DNA of 64,000 bases from positions 66,932 to 130,931 of the forward strand of contig CASDUK010000002.1 of assembly GCA_949283975.1 (NCBI GenBank). Reading direction: 5' to 3'. The position numbers were made by a program, and so were the translations under genes. The notes under the pieces were generated by a model. That model did not search any database and was not told where the DNA came from. It worked only from the letters and a program-made list of their open reading frames with translations. Each line of letters begins with the position of its first letter. Position 1 is the first letter of the stretch. This document shows, piece after piece, positions 53,997 to 63,928 of the stretch. Source of the DNA: an uncultured Bacillota bacterium. GTDB taxonomy: Bacteria; Bacillota; Clostridia; Christensenellales; UBA1242.

Positions 53997-55116
53997 CTAT
54001 TTAACCCCCGCCGCGCTCATTTTAAGATAGACGCTTATAAACTGCTCCAGTTCTCCATTCATAACGCCGTTGACGTCGCTTGTTTCATAGTTTGTTCTGT
54101 GGTCCTTAACAAGCGAATATGGGTGGAAAACATATGAACGAATTTGGCTTCCCCATTCAATTTTTTTAAGCTCCCCTCTAATTTCATTTAATTTTTCAAA
54201 TTCTTCTTCCTCTCGCTTTTGGGCAAGTTTTGAAAGCAACATTTTCATGCAAGTTTCGCGGTTTTGAATTTGGCTTCGCTCCGTTTGGCAGGAGACAACA
54301 AAACCCGTTGGAAGGTGGGTTATTCTAATTGCGCTCTCTGTTTTGTTAACATGTTGGCCGCCCGCGCCGCTGCTTCTAAATGTGTCAATTTTTAAGTCTT
54401 CCGGGCGAATAATAATGTCCGGAGCGTCCGATATTTCTGGAACAACTTCAACGCTTGCAAAACTTGTGTGTCTTCTTGAATTTGCGTCAAAGGGCGAAAT
54501 TCTAACAAGCCTGTGAACGCCCTTTTCACATTTTAAAAACCCATAGGCGTTTTCGCCTTCAACCAAAAAAGTTACGCTTTTAATTCCGGCTTCGTCGCCC
54601 TCTAAAATGTTTAAAATTTTTGTTTTAAAGCCCTCTTTTTCGCAAAACATGAAATACATTCTTTCAAGCATGCTTACCCAATCTTGGGCTTCTGTTCCGC
54701 CCGCTCCGGCATGGATTGTTATTATTGCGTTGTTAAAGTCATATTTCCCTGTTAAAAGAGTTTCCAGGCGCGTTTTTTCAACTTCGCTCTCAAAATCTTT
54801 TAAACTTTTGGTTAGCTCAAGATAAAATTCCTTTCCCTCGTTTTCATCTGCCTGTTCAACAATTTCAACCAATGCTTTAAGGTCTGAAAAATTTTTTTCA
54901 AACCAAAAAAGTTTTTCAAGGCGCGTTTCAAGGCGTTTGATTTCCTTTCCAACTTCTAAAACGCGTTTGTTATCTTCCCAAAAACTTGGGTCTTCCTGCT
55001 CCGCTTTAAGCGCATTTAATTTAAAACTTAAACCTTCTCCGTCAAAGACACTCCTTTATAAAAGAAAGTTCATTTTCAAGCGCTTTTATTTTTATTTTTT
55101 CATTTTCAACTATCAT
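53997..55116 (-). CDS. prfB: Peptide chain release factor 2, made by a programmed +1 frameshift: join(55116..55045, 55043..53997)
   Basis: Frame 0 is MIVENEKIKIKALENELSFIKECL, then CTT TGA C (55047-55041) preceded by AAGGAG. The +1 frame continues DGEGLSFKLNALKAEQEDPSFWED... into the track ORF, which carries the SPF and GGQ motifs. Confidence 0.9.
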
Positions 55117-55123
55117 AGGTTTT

Positions 55124-55152
55124 ATTATATAAATTGTCAAAAAGCTTGTCAA
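55124..55152 (-). promoter_or_regulatory. Consensus promoter placed for a leaderless prfB transcript
   Basis: Minus strand: TTGACA (55152-55147), 17 nt spacer, TATAAT (55129-55124), then 7 nt to ATG 55116. No SD. Confidence 0.6.
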
Positions 55153-55154
55153 AT

Positions 55155-55175
55155 AAAAAAGAGGCAACCTGCCTC
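55155..55175 (-). terminator. Intrinsic terminator after the TIGR04086-like gene
   Basis: Minus strand: GAGGCA-ggt-TGCCTC followed by T6, immediately after the stop codon. Confidence 0.7.
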
Positions 55176-55176
55176 C

Positions 55177-55623
55177 TTAATTTGTTTTTCTTTTTAGGTT
55201 AACGGCAATTACGCCACAAATTCCTCCAATTATTCCGCCGAATAAAAGGTCGTTTACAAGCGTTTTGTTAAACTCAAAATTTCCGTCTAAAATTGAAAAG
55301 ACTAAAAAAGCAATAACCGTGTAGCACAGGCCAATTAAAAGGCCGTTTATAAGCCCCATTTGGTTTACTTTTTTAAGCGCAACAAAAGTTCCAACAAGCA
55401 AGCTTATTCCTTTAATAACTTGGTTAACTGGTTTTATTGCTTCTGTTGGAACAGCAACATATTTAATAAAGAAAGCAAAAATTAAAATTCCAACAAGCGA
55501 AACAGAAAGGGCAACCAAACTTCCCTTTAAAATGTTTAGCCAAACTTTTTGCTTTTGGTCGCCATCATTTAAATTTTGAGCTTCCGGCTTGGTTCTTTTA
55601 AATTTAAGTGCCTTAAATTTCAT
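55177..55623 (-). CDS. Small polytopic membrane protein (TIGR04086/YrzE-like)
   Basis: Four predicted TM segments (LKGSLVALSVSLVGILIFAFFIKY...). Family assignment is from memory only. Confidence 0.45.
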   Translation of the reverse strand: MKFKALKFKRTKPEAQNLNDGDQKQKVWLNILKGSLVALSVSLVGILIFAFFIKYVAVPTEAIKPVNQVIKGISLLVGTFVALKKVNQMGLINGLLIGLCYTVIAFLVFSILDGNFEFNKTLVNDLLFGGIIGGICGVIAVNLKRKTN

Positions 55624-55675
55624 GTTTCTCCTCCAACTTTAATGTCAGTTTATATATATTAAAAAACCCGCTCGT

Positions 55676-56764
55676 TTAGAACAGGTTTTCGGTTATGATT
55701 TGTTTTAAAATTTCAAGTGAATTTTCAATGTTTAAGCTTTTTGCCAAAAGAATTTTTTTCTCTGGGCTTTTAAACCCAGAGCAATACCAAAGATAGTGTT
55801 TCCTCATATATTTAACCAAAAAGTTATCTTGAAAATATTTTCTTAAAATTTGGGTGTGTTTTTTTGCGCAAATAAATTTGATGTATCTCTCATCTTGTTT
55901 CAAATTTTTCAAATCTTCTTCCGTTAAGACATCTTTAAAAAAATCGTCCTTTAAAACAAAGTTAACCATTGGCGTTTGTTTCCCAGAAACAGCTTCTGAC
56001 AATAGTTTAAAAATTTCAAGGTTGCCCTGGCTTGCCCTTCCAACCATAACGCCATCAACCCCGCAAGAGAACATTTTTTTTAAAGATTCTAAATCCCTAA
56101 CATCTCCGCTTCCAATAACTGGAATTTTAACAGACGCCACAACTTTTTTAATTGACTGATAGTCAACCGCTCCGCCATAGCCGTCCTTCATAAGCCGCCC
56201 ATGAATTGTTATTGCATCTGCCCCCGCCCTTTCGCAAAGCTTTGCAAACTGCTCGCAAACATCGCTTTTAAAACCCTTTCTAAACTTAACCATAATTGGC
56301 TTGTTGGTTGCCTCTTTGCATGTTTTTATTATATCAAATGCAAGTTCAAAGTTTTCTAAAAGCGCGCTTCCCTCTCCGTTTCTAACAATTTTTGGCGCAG
56401 GACAGCCCATGTTAATATCAATTATGTCAAACTTATCAAGCAAGCCGGAATTTATTGCACTTGTGAAAAACTTTGGGTCTGAGCCAAAAAGCTGAACCGC
56501 TTTAACTTTCTCTTGCGGTTCGGTTAAAAGCAGCCATGCAGATTTGTTCGACCCAAGCCCGCAGTTTTCATCTTCAAAATTTTCAGTTAATATATATTTT
56601 GGCGCTTTACCTTCGCCATAAACAAGCCCCTTTGCACTAACCATTTCAGAAAACGCAATTTCCGCCCCAAAATGACAAGCAATTGCGCGATAGGCAACAT
56701 CGCTAACCCCGGCCATTGGCGCTAAAAATATGTTATTTTTAAAAGATAAGTTTCCTATTTTCAC
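55676..56764 (-). CDS. dusB: tRNA-dihydrouridine synthase
   Basis: FLAPMAGVSDVAYR, DINMGCPAPK, TIHGR. Confidence 0.88.
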   Translation of the reverse strand: MKIGNLSFKNNIFLAPMAGVSDVAYRAIACHFGAEIAFSEMVSAKGLVYGEGKAPKYILTENFEDENCGLGSNKSAWLLLTEPQEKVKAVQLFGSDPKFFTSAINSGLLDKFDIIDINMGCPAPKIVRNGEGSALLENFELAFDIIKTCKEATNKPIMVKFRKGFKSDVCEQFAKLCERAGADAITIHGRLMKDGYGGAVDYQSIKKVVASVKIPVIGSGDVRDLESLKKMFSCGVDGVMVGRASQGNLEIFKLLSEAVSGKQTPMVNFVLKDDFFKDVLTEEDLKNLKQDERYIKFICAKKHTQILRKYFQDNFLVKYMRKHYLWYCSGFKSPEKKILLAKSLNIENSLEILKQIITENLF

Positions 56765-56804
56765 TAAATGTTAGTTTAATAAACATTTGCGCAGTTGTCA
56801 AATT

Positions 56805-57077
56805 TTATTTAAGGCTTTTATCAAACTTTTCAAAACTTTTAAACCTAACATAAACCTTCTGTTTAATAATAAGTTTCTCAAGAGTTTGAGGATTAATTCC
56901 CTTTCTTTCATGCCTAATTTTTGGCTCAAATTTTCCAAAACCACAAATTTTAACGCTTTCGCCTCTTTTTAAAACTTCGCCAATTAATTCTGTTATTGCG
57001 TTTAAGCAGTTTAAACAATCCTTCCTAGAAAGCCGTGTTCTTCTAGACGCAAAATCTATAAGTTCGTCTTTGTTCAT
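56805..57077 (-). CDS. hup: HU-family DNA-binding protein
   Basis: MNKDELIDFASRRTRLSRKDC...ICGFGKFEPKIRHERKGINPQT. Confidence 0.85.
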   Translation of the reverse strand: MNKDELIDFASRRTRLSRKDCLNCLNAITELIGEVLKRGESVKICGFGKFEPKIRHERKGINPQTLEKLIIKQKVYVRFKSFEKFDKSLK

Positions 57078-57113
57078 AAATTTAATTGTTTCCAATTTAA
57101 TTTAATTTTAAAA

Positions 57114-58760
57114 TTAAATTTTTCTTTTAAATTTAAACAAATTTTTAAATTTATTTTTTAATAAAACAATTTTATTTCCAAGCGGAACTTTTAGCAGTTC
57201 TTCCTCATTAAATATGGGAAAAATAATTGAAAAAATTAAATATATTAATCCAGCAATTAAAAGGGAAAAAATAATTGATATTAATCCAGAAAAAGTTAAA
57301 TTAAATAAATAATTAAATCCAATTGCAACTCCAACAGAAATTAATGAATTTAAAAATATGAAAAAAATTGGTTTAAATTTAATTGAAAAATTAAAGTCAT
57401 ATCTAAGAGCAATTATGTTAAGCCCTGCCGCAATGCTATAGCAAATTGCAGAGGCAATTGCCGCGCCATAAATCCCAAAAACGCCAGAAACAAAAACAAG
57501 AGTTAGCAAAACTTTAATAACGCCCGCAACGGAAACATTTCCGAGCGCAGAAAGGCTTTTTCCGTTTGCCTGCAAAATTGCTGTTGTTATTTGAAGAAGA
57601 GAAATGTAAAGTATGTTTATTGCAGAAATTCTTAAAAGAAGAGCGCCAAGAGAAAGAAGGTTTTGGTTGGTTGCAGAGGGATATAAAACGGCAATAATAT
57701 CGCGCGAAAAGCAAAAATATATAAAAACACATGGAATTGCTATAAAGAAAATCAGCTTAAAAACAGTGCTTTCATCTGGGTTTTTCTCTTGTTTCTCTCT
57801 TCCATAGGAAATTGCCGGAACAAGGCTTATTGCAAGCGCCATTGAAAAAATTGTTGGAAAATTTACAAGGCTGTTTACCATTCCGGAATAAACGCCAAAC
57901 ATTTCTGTTGATATTTCTGCGGGATTTCCGCTTGAAACCAAAAGGTTAACAATTAAAAAACTGTCAACCGCCAAAATTAGCGGCATGATTAAATTGTTTA
58001 AAGTTATTGGAAGAGTTTGTTTAATTAAAAGCTTAAAATCATTGAAAAAAGTTGTTTCAATTTCTGGCTCTAAAATGTCAACTTTTTTTCTTTTAAAAAC
58101 ATATGTAATTGCAAGATAAAAAAGGGCAAAAGCTTCTGAAATTCCAACGCCAATCATTGCCCCCATCGCGCCATAGGCTGGGCCTCTTCCAATCAACAAA
58201 TGTGCAAATGTTAAACCGAGAACAAGTTTTAAAACTTGCTCAACAATCTGAGAAACTGCCGTTGGCGTCATGTTTTGATAGCCTTGAAAATATCCTCTAA
58301 ACGCCGTAAGCACGCTTGCAAAGACAATTGCAATTGCCGCCCCAACATAACCCAAAGCTGCTTTTTCGTTTCCCTGAAAGGAAGAAAGCGCCCCGCCAAA
58401 GGCAAGAAATAAGCCAGAAAAAACAAGCGAAACAGCGGTTAGAAGAATTATGGATTGAAATAAAAAACGCTTTGCCCGCTTTGTTTCACCCTTTGCTCTG
58501 CAAGAGGCAACAAGCTTTGAAAGCGCCGTTGCCGAGCCGCCGCTTGTTAAAATTAAAAAAAGCGAAAAAATTGGAAAAACAAGCTGGTAAATTCCAATTC
58601 CCTCTGCCCCTAAAATGTTTGAAAGCGGAATTCTGTAAATTGCTCCAATTAGCTTACAAATTAATCCGCCAACAAGCAAAATTAAAGCTCCTTTTGCAAA
58701 TTTATTTTCTTTTAAATTTCCCACAAAATTATTTTCTGATAAAAAATTTTTTATATTCAA
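57114..58760 (-). CDS. MOP-superfamily flippase (polysaccharide biosynthesis protein, SpoVB/MurJ-like)
   Basis: About 14 TM segments. GALILLVGGLICKLIGAIYRIPLSNILGAEGIGIYQLVFPIF is typical of SpoVB-type proteins. TTG start is uncertain. Confidence 0.7.
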   Translation of the reverse strand: MNIKNFLSENNFVGNLKENKFAKGALILLVGGLICKLIGAIYRIPLSNILGAEGIGIYQLVFPIFSLFLILTSGGSATALSKLVASCRAKGETKRAKRFLFQSIILLTAVSLVFSGLFLAFGGALSSFQGNEKAALGYVGAAIAIVFASVLTAFRGYFQGYQNMTPTAVSQIVEQVLKLVLGLTFAHLLIGRGPAYGAMGAMIGVGISEAFALFYLAITYVFKRKKVDILEPEIETTFFNDFKLLIKQTLPITLNNLIMPLILAVDSFLIVNLLVSSGNPAEISTEMFGVYSGMVNSLVNFPTIFSMALAISLVPAISYGREKQEKNPDESTVFKLIFFIAIPCVFIYFCFSRDIIAVLYPSATNQNLLSLGALLLRISAINILYISLLQITTAILQANGKSLSALGNVSVAGVIKVLLTLVFVSGVFGIYGAAIASAICYSIAAGLNIIALRYDFNFSIKFKPIFFIFLNSLISVGVAIGFNYLFNLTFSGLISIIFSLLIAGLIYLIFSIIFPIFNEEELLKVPLGNKIVLLKNKFKNLFKFKRKI

Positions 58761-58782
58761 AAAACAGCAAAGAAAGAACTAA

Positions 58783-59286
58783 TTACACAGTTATATTCCC
58801 TCTCCTGTCTGCTGGTTGAAAACAGGCAGAAATTCCCTCAAAGAAACTAATAATTGTTGGAACAATTGTGCAACAAAAAATAAGATAGCAAATTCCTGCC
58901 CCAGTTTTTCCCGCATAAAACTTGTGGAGGCCAAAAGTTCCCAAAAAAATTGCAAGAAGCACGTAAGTAACTTTGTTTACAACTTTTCTGCTCTCTTGAA
59001 CAGGCGTTGGAACTTGTTCAAATCTGTTCGAGTTGGAGTTGTCAACATTGACAACAATCCCCTTACCTATAGCCTCTTTAAAAAAATCTTCTTGATTTTT
59101 CTTTTCGTTTTCTTGCTCTGAAACTACAACTTTTGGAGTTATGATTATTTCATCATTAGAAGTATATTTTTCAACTTCCATTCCAACCTTGGGCTCAAAA
59201 TCTATGTCTGTTTTTTTAATTTGTAAAACCTGCCCATCATCTGTTCCAATAAAAACATTTTCTGGTGATATTTTAATTATTTTCAT
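58783..59286 (-). CDS. TM2 domain-containing membrane protein
   Basis: C-terminus: YVLLAIFLGTFGLHKFYAGKTGAGICYLIFCCT. AAGGAG SD before ATG 59286. Confidence 0.7.
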   Translation of the reverse strand: MKIIKISPENVFIGTDDGQVLQIKKTDIDFEPKVGMEVEKYTSNDEIIITPKVVVSEQENEKKNQEDFFKEAIGKGIVVNVDNSNSNRFEQVPTPVQESRKVVNKVTYVLLAIFLGTFGLHKFYAGKTGAGICYLIFCCTIVPTIISFFEGISACFQPADRRGNITV

Positions 59287-59395
59287 CTTTTGCTCCTTAC
59301 TTTTATAATGTACACTAATATAATACACATTTTAGAAGCATTTGTCAACACATTTGGGTTATATTTATATAAAAAATGGGTATTATAATTTATAC

Positions 59396-59689
59396 ATGGA
59401 TATATTAAAAAGAATAAATGAACTAAGAAAAGAACGAAACTGGACGATCTATAGGCTTGCAGACGAATCTGGCGTTTCTCAATCAACGCTTTCAAATATG
59501 TTTTCAAGAGAGACCTTGCCTTCAATTTCCACGTTAGAACAATTATGCGGAGCTTTCAATATAACTCTTTCACAATTTTTTGAGGAAGATCAAGGTCAAG
59601 AAAGCGAATTTTCGCGCAAATTCAATATGCTAAGCAACAGAGAAAAAAATGTTGTTTTGGAATTAATAGATTTATTAAATAAAAAATGA
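59396..59689 (+). CDS. XRE-family helix-turn-helix transcriptional regulator
   Basis: MDILKRINELRKERNWTIYRLADESGVSQSTLSNM... TATAAT lies 6 nt upstream of ATG 59396 and there is no SD. Confidence 0.7.
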   Translation: MDILKRINELRKERNWTIYRLADESGVSQSTLSNMFSRETLPSISTLEQLCGAFNITLSQFFEEDQGQESEFSRKFNMLSNREKNVVLELIDLLNKK

Positions 59690-59748
59690 AATTGTTATCA
59701 AAAAAACACCCTGGAGTTTAAGGTGTTTTTTTTAAACAATTATCTTGT

Positions 59749-60084
59749 TTATTTTTTTATTTTATTTAAAAGCTCATCAATTTTTAAGGCGTTTTGCTCA
59801 ACATAGTCAAGTGAAAACTCCAAATCTGGAATTCTTTTAATTTTTAAAACCTTTGCAAGTTCTCGCCTTATATATCCTTTTGAACCATTTAAAATCTTAA
59901 CAACTTCCTTGGTTTCTTCTTCGTTTCCCAAAACAGAAATTGAAATTCTTGAAAGATATAAATCTGGCGAAGTTTTAACTTCTGCAATGGTAACAAATTT
60001 TCCGTTTAGGGTGTTCATGTTGGAAATTATTTTTGACAAATTGTTTTTAATTTCCAAATTGACCCTTTCCATTCTAAATTTCAA
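59749..60084 (-). CDS. rbfA: Ribosome-binding factor A
   Basis: MKFRMERVNLEIKNNLSKII... Position after infB. TTG start with an AGGTGG SD. Confidence 0.85.
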   Translation of the reverse strand: MKFRMERVNLEIKNNLSKIISNMNTLNGKFVTIAEVKTSPDLYLSRISISVLGNEEETKEVVKILNGSKGYIRRELAKVLKIKRIPDLEFSLDYVEQNALKIDELLNKIKK

Positions 60085-60094
60085 TTTTCCACCT

Positions 60095-62497
60095 CTAATT
60101 TGAAATTGGCTGATTTATATAAAATTCAATTTTATCGTCAACTTTAACAAGGTTTGCATCTTTTATTTTAATTCCACATTCAAAGCCTTTAACAACTTCC
60201 GCTTTATCGTCCTTAACAATTTTCAAACTTTCAATTTGGTTTTCGCAAATCAACTCATCGCCTCTAAAAACTTTTGCAAAGCTATTTCTAGTTGCCTTTC
60301 CGTCCGTTATATAGCAGCCAACAACATGGCCAACGGAAGACAATTTGAAAACTGCTCTAACTTCGGCATGGCCAATTACGACTTGCTCATATTTAATTGT
60401 TTTCATTCCCGTTATTGCGGCAGTTAAATCGTCAACAACTTCATAGATAATAGAATAATTTTTAATTTCAACCTTTTCCGCTTTTGCCAAAGCCGCCGCC
60501 TTTGGCCCAGTTTTAACATTAAATGCAATTATAACAGCATCGGAAGCCTTTGCTAAAATAACATCAGATTCTGTAACAAAGCCCGCTGCGCTGTGAATAC
60601 AATTAACCTTAACTTCCTCGTTTCTAATTGTTTCGGTTGTTTGTTTAAGAGCTTCAACAGAGCCTTGAACATCTGCCTTAATAATTATGTTAAGCGATTT
60701 TAACTTTCCTTCGTTAACTCTGCTCATAAAGTCATCAAGCGAAACCCCAGAAGTTGTGCTTGCTTTTTCAATTTTAATTTTTGCCTTTCGCTCTTCAATA
60801 ACCTGCTTAGAAAGTTTTTCATCAATCGCCGCAACAGAATCTCCGGAGCTTGGAACTTCGCTAAAGCCAAGGACAGAAACGCAAATTGAAGGCCCTGCCT
60901 CTTTAACAGATTTTCCGTTTTCGTCATACATTGCCCTAACTTTTCCATATGTCAAGCCGGAAACAATGTTGTCGCCAACTTTAAGAGTTCCATTTTGAAC
61001 CAAAACGGAAGCAACTGGGCCGCGGTTTTTGTCAAGCTCTGCTTCAATTACAACACCGGTTGCCATTCTTGTTGGGTCTGCCCTAAGTTCTTGAACTTCT
61101 GCAACCAAATGGATCATTTCCAAAAGTTTATCAATTCCCATTCCTGTTTTAGCAGAAATTGGAACAAAAATTGTGTCGCCGCCCCATTCTTCCGGCAAAA
61201 CCCCCTTGTCGGCAAGTTGTTGCTTAACTTTTTCTGGGTTTGCCTCTGGCTTATCCATTTTGTTTATTGCAACAATCATTGGAACATTTGCGCTTTTAAT
61301 GTGGGCAATTGCCTCCTCTGTTTGAGGCATAAGCCCATCATCAGCTGCAACAACCAAAATTGCAACATCTGTAACTTGAGCGCCGCGAGCGCGCATGCTT
61401 GTAAAGGCTGCGTGTCCAGGCGTGTCAATAAACGTAATTTTCTTTCCTCCGGCAACAATTGAATATGCGCCAATTTTTTGCGTAATTCCGCCGGCTTCTC
61501 CAGAAACAACATTTGTTTTTCTAATTGCATCTAGAAGAGAAGTTTTTCCGTGGTCAACATGGCCCATAACTGTTACAACAGGAGGCCTTTCAACAAGGTT
61601 TTCAGACTCCTCTTTTGAAGTCATCTCCTTAAGCTGCTCTTCAAAGGTTTTCCCAAGTTTTAATTCAAGCGTAATTCCAAATTCGCTTGCAACAAGTTCT
61701 GCGGTTTCAAAATCTATAACGCTGTTGATTGTTGCCATAATCCCCAAGATCATAAGCTTTTTAATGATTTCGGTTGCTGGTTTTCCAGTTTTTTCAGATA
61801 GTGCTTTAACAGTTATATGCTCGCTTGTTATAACTGCATGATCGATTGTTGGCGCAACGAACGCGGGGGCTTTTTCCTTTTTTGTTTTAATAAGTTTTCT
61901 AGAACCCATTCTAACTTCTTCAAAGCCATCTGAATTGTTTACAAAAACATTTTTATAACTTTGGGTGTTTCTTCTAGAAGTCGGCTGCTTTTTTTCGTCA
62001 AAATCTCTTGAAGAAGATTTGTTCTTGTTGCCAAAACTTCTTGTTGGTTCTTGAATTACAATGTCTGGCGCGGCAAACGACCTAAAATTGTTGCCTCGGC
62101 TGGATGCAAAACCCGCCCCACGCTGGGGTTCTTTTTGGCCTTCTTTTTGGCCAAACGGCCTTGTAAATTGCTTTTGCGGGGCTTGCTTTTTAAAATTTTT
62201 ATCCTTGTTAAATTCTCTTCCCGTTTGAGAAGCATTAAATTGGCGCTTTTGATCTGCAACGAACTCTTGTTTTGGCTGTTGCTCAACTTTTTGTTCAACT
62301 TCAACTTGAGGTTTTTGCTCCTGCTTTTGCTCTAAAGAATTTTTGTGTTTTAACTTTAAAGCCTCAGAAAGAACATGTTCAAGTTGAATTCGCGTTGAAC
62401 GAAGGTCGCGAATTAAAGCTTGAACAGCCCCGCTAACTTGGATATCATGGATTTTCTTTAAATTGATAAATCCGCCGCTTTTATTTTGTTCTGCCAT
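60095..62497 (-). CDS. infB: Translation initiation factor IF-2
   Basis: VVTVMGHVDHGKTSLLD, DTPGHAAF, NKMDK. ATG 62497 overlaps the ylxR TGA. Confidence 0.94.
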   Translation of the reverse strand: MAEQNKSGGFINLKKIHDIQVSGAVQALIRDLRSTRIQLEHVLSEALKLKHKNSLEQKQEQKPQVEVEQKVEQQPKQEFVADQKRQFNASQTGREFNKDKNFKKQAPQKQFTRPFGQKEGQKEPQRGAGFASSRGNNFRSFAAPDIVIQEPTRSFGNKNKSSSRDFDEKKQPTSRRNTQSYKNVFVNNSDGFEEVRMGSRKLIKTKKEKAPAFVAPTIDHAVITSEHITVKALSEKTGKPATEIIKKLMILGIMATINSVIDFETAELVASEFGITLELKLGKTFEEQLKEMTSKEESENLVERPPVVTVMGHVDHGKTSLLDAIRKTNVVSGEAGGITQKIGAYSIVAGGKKITFIDTPGHAAFTSMRARGAQVTDVAILVVAADDGLMPQTEEAIAHIKSANVPMIVAINKMDKPEANPEKVKQQLADKGVLPEEWGGDTIFVPISAKTGMGIDKLLEMIHLVAEVQELRADPTRMATGVVIEAELDKNRGPVASVLVQNGTLKVGDNIVSGLTYGKVRAMYDENGKSVKEAGPSICVSVLGFSEVPSSGDSVAAIDEKLSKQVIEERKAKIKIEKASTTSGVSLDDFMSRVNEGKLKSLNIIIKADVQGSVEALKQTTETIRNEEVKVNCIHSAAGFVTESDVILAKASDAVIIAFNVKTGPKAAALAKAEKVEIKNYSIIYEVVDDLTAAITGMKTIKYEQVVIGHAEVRAVFKLSSVGHVVGCYITDGKATRNSFAKVFRGDELICENQIESLKIVKDDKAEVVKGFECGIKIKDANLVKVDDKIEFYINQPISN

Positions 62498-62751
62498 CAA
62501 ATCTCCTTATTTTCTAAAAGTTTTTCATAAATTTCTTCACCAATTTGACATTTAAAAGCCCTGCTAAGCCCCCTTGTTTTTTTAAGTTTTGAAAGGCAAT
62601 CCCTGTCCCTGCAAATATATGCGCCTCGTCCATCTCTCTTTCCCGTTTCGTCAACAAAAATTTCTCCATTTTTGTTTTTAACAACGCGAATAAGTTCGTC
62701 TTTGCCCTTCATTTGTCTACACACGCAACACATTCTTAAACTGGTTTTCAT
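62497..62751 (-). CDS. ylxR: YlxR/RnpM family RNA-binding protein (DUF448)
   Basis: RMCCVCRQMKGKDELIRVV...GRGAYIC. Located between nusA and infB. Confidence 0.85.
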   Translation of the reverse strand: MKTSLRMCCVCRQMKGKDELIRVVKNKNGEIFVDETGKRDGRGAYICRDRDCLSKLKKTRGLSRAFKCQIGEEIYEKLLENKEI

Positions 62752-62762
62752 TTTCCTCCTAG

Positions 62763-63914
62763 TTATTGGCCGTCAATTTCTTCAAGGTCGTCAAAGCTGT
62801 TAAAATCGTCATCAATAGGTTCGTCCATAATATTTGTAAGCTCATACTCAACTTCTGTTGGAACATCATCTTTTGATGCTTCGCCCTCTGGTTTAACATC
62901 AATTTTCCAGCCGGTAAGCCTTGCAGCAAGCCTAACATTTTGGCCGTTTTTCCCAATTGCAAGAGAAAGCTTGTCGTTTGGAACAATAACTCTAGACGCC
63001 TTCAAACTATCGTTTGTTTCAACGCTTATAATCTGGGCTGGGCTGAGCGCTCTTGCAATGTATTCAAGAGGATCTTCTGAATACAAAACTAAGTCAATTT
63101 TTTCTCCGTTTAACTCTGAAACAATTGTGTTAATTCTAACCCCTCTGTTCCCAACGCACGCCCCAACGGCATCAACATTTGGTTTTTCGCTGTAAATTGC
63201 AACTTTTGTTCTGTTCCCAGGATCTCTTGCAATGTTTTTAATTATAACTTCACCGCTTTCAACTTCTGGAATTTCAAGTTCAAAAAGCTTTCTAACAAAG
63301 CCAATATTGCTTCTTGAAACCTGAATTTGAGGGCCGCGGAAGGAATCTTTAATCTTTTTAACATAAACCTTAATTCTGTCGCCCTCTCTAAATTTTTCGC
63401 CAGGAATTTGATCGCTTTCAAGCATAACACCTTCGCTGTGAGAACCGGCAATTTGAACATAAACAACGCCGTTGTCAATTCTTTTAACAACGGTTGTTAA
63501 AAGTTCATCTTCTTTTTCGCTAAGTTCGCTAATTGCAATTTGCTTTTCAAGTTCCTTAAGTTTTTGCATAACAACTTGCTTCGCGGTTTGCGCGGCAATT
63601 CGTCCAAATTCCTTGGTTGATTCTTCCTCAACAACGCTGTCTCCAATTTGATAGGATTTTTTAATTTTTCTTGCGTCTTCAAGGCTAATTTCCTTGTCCT
63701 CATCTTCAACATTTTCAACAACGCGTTTATAACTGTAAATTTTAATTGTGTTCTTCTCTGGCGTTAGTTTAACAAGCGCATTTTTTGCTTCGCCATACAT
63801 TTTTTTATACGCAGAAGTTAGCGCCGTTTCAAGCGTTTCAATAAACTGCTCCTTATTAATTTTCTTCTGTTGTTCAAGCTCTTCAAGTGCTAAAAAGAAA
63901 TCTTTATTAATCAT
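62763..63914 (-). CDS. nusA: Transcription termination/antitermination factor NusA
   Basis: Full-length NusA similarity (S1 and KH domains; AVGACVGNRGVRI). AGGAGA SD. Confidence 0.93.
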   Translation of the reverse strand: MINKDFFLALEELEQQKKINKEQFIETLETALTSAYKKMYGEAKNALVKLTPEKNTIKIYSYKRVVENVEDEDKEISLEDARKIKKSYQIGDSVVEEESTKEFGRIAAQTAKQVVMQKLKELEKQIAISELSEKEDELLTTVVKRIDNGVVYVQIAGSHSEGVMLESDQIPGEKFREGDRIKVYVKKIKDSFRGPQIQVSRSNIGFVRKLFELEIPEVESGEVIIKNIARDPGNRTKVAIYSEKPNVDAVGACVGNRGVRINTIVSELNGEKIDLVLYSEDPLEYIARALSPAQIISVETNDSLKASRVIVPNDKLSLAIGKNGQNVRLAARLTGWKIDVKPEGEASKDDVPTEVEYELTNIMDEPIDDDFNSFDDLEEIDGQ

Positions 63915-63928
63915 CTTATTCTCCTATT

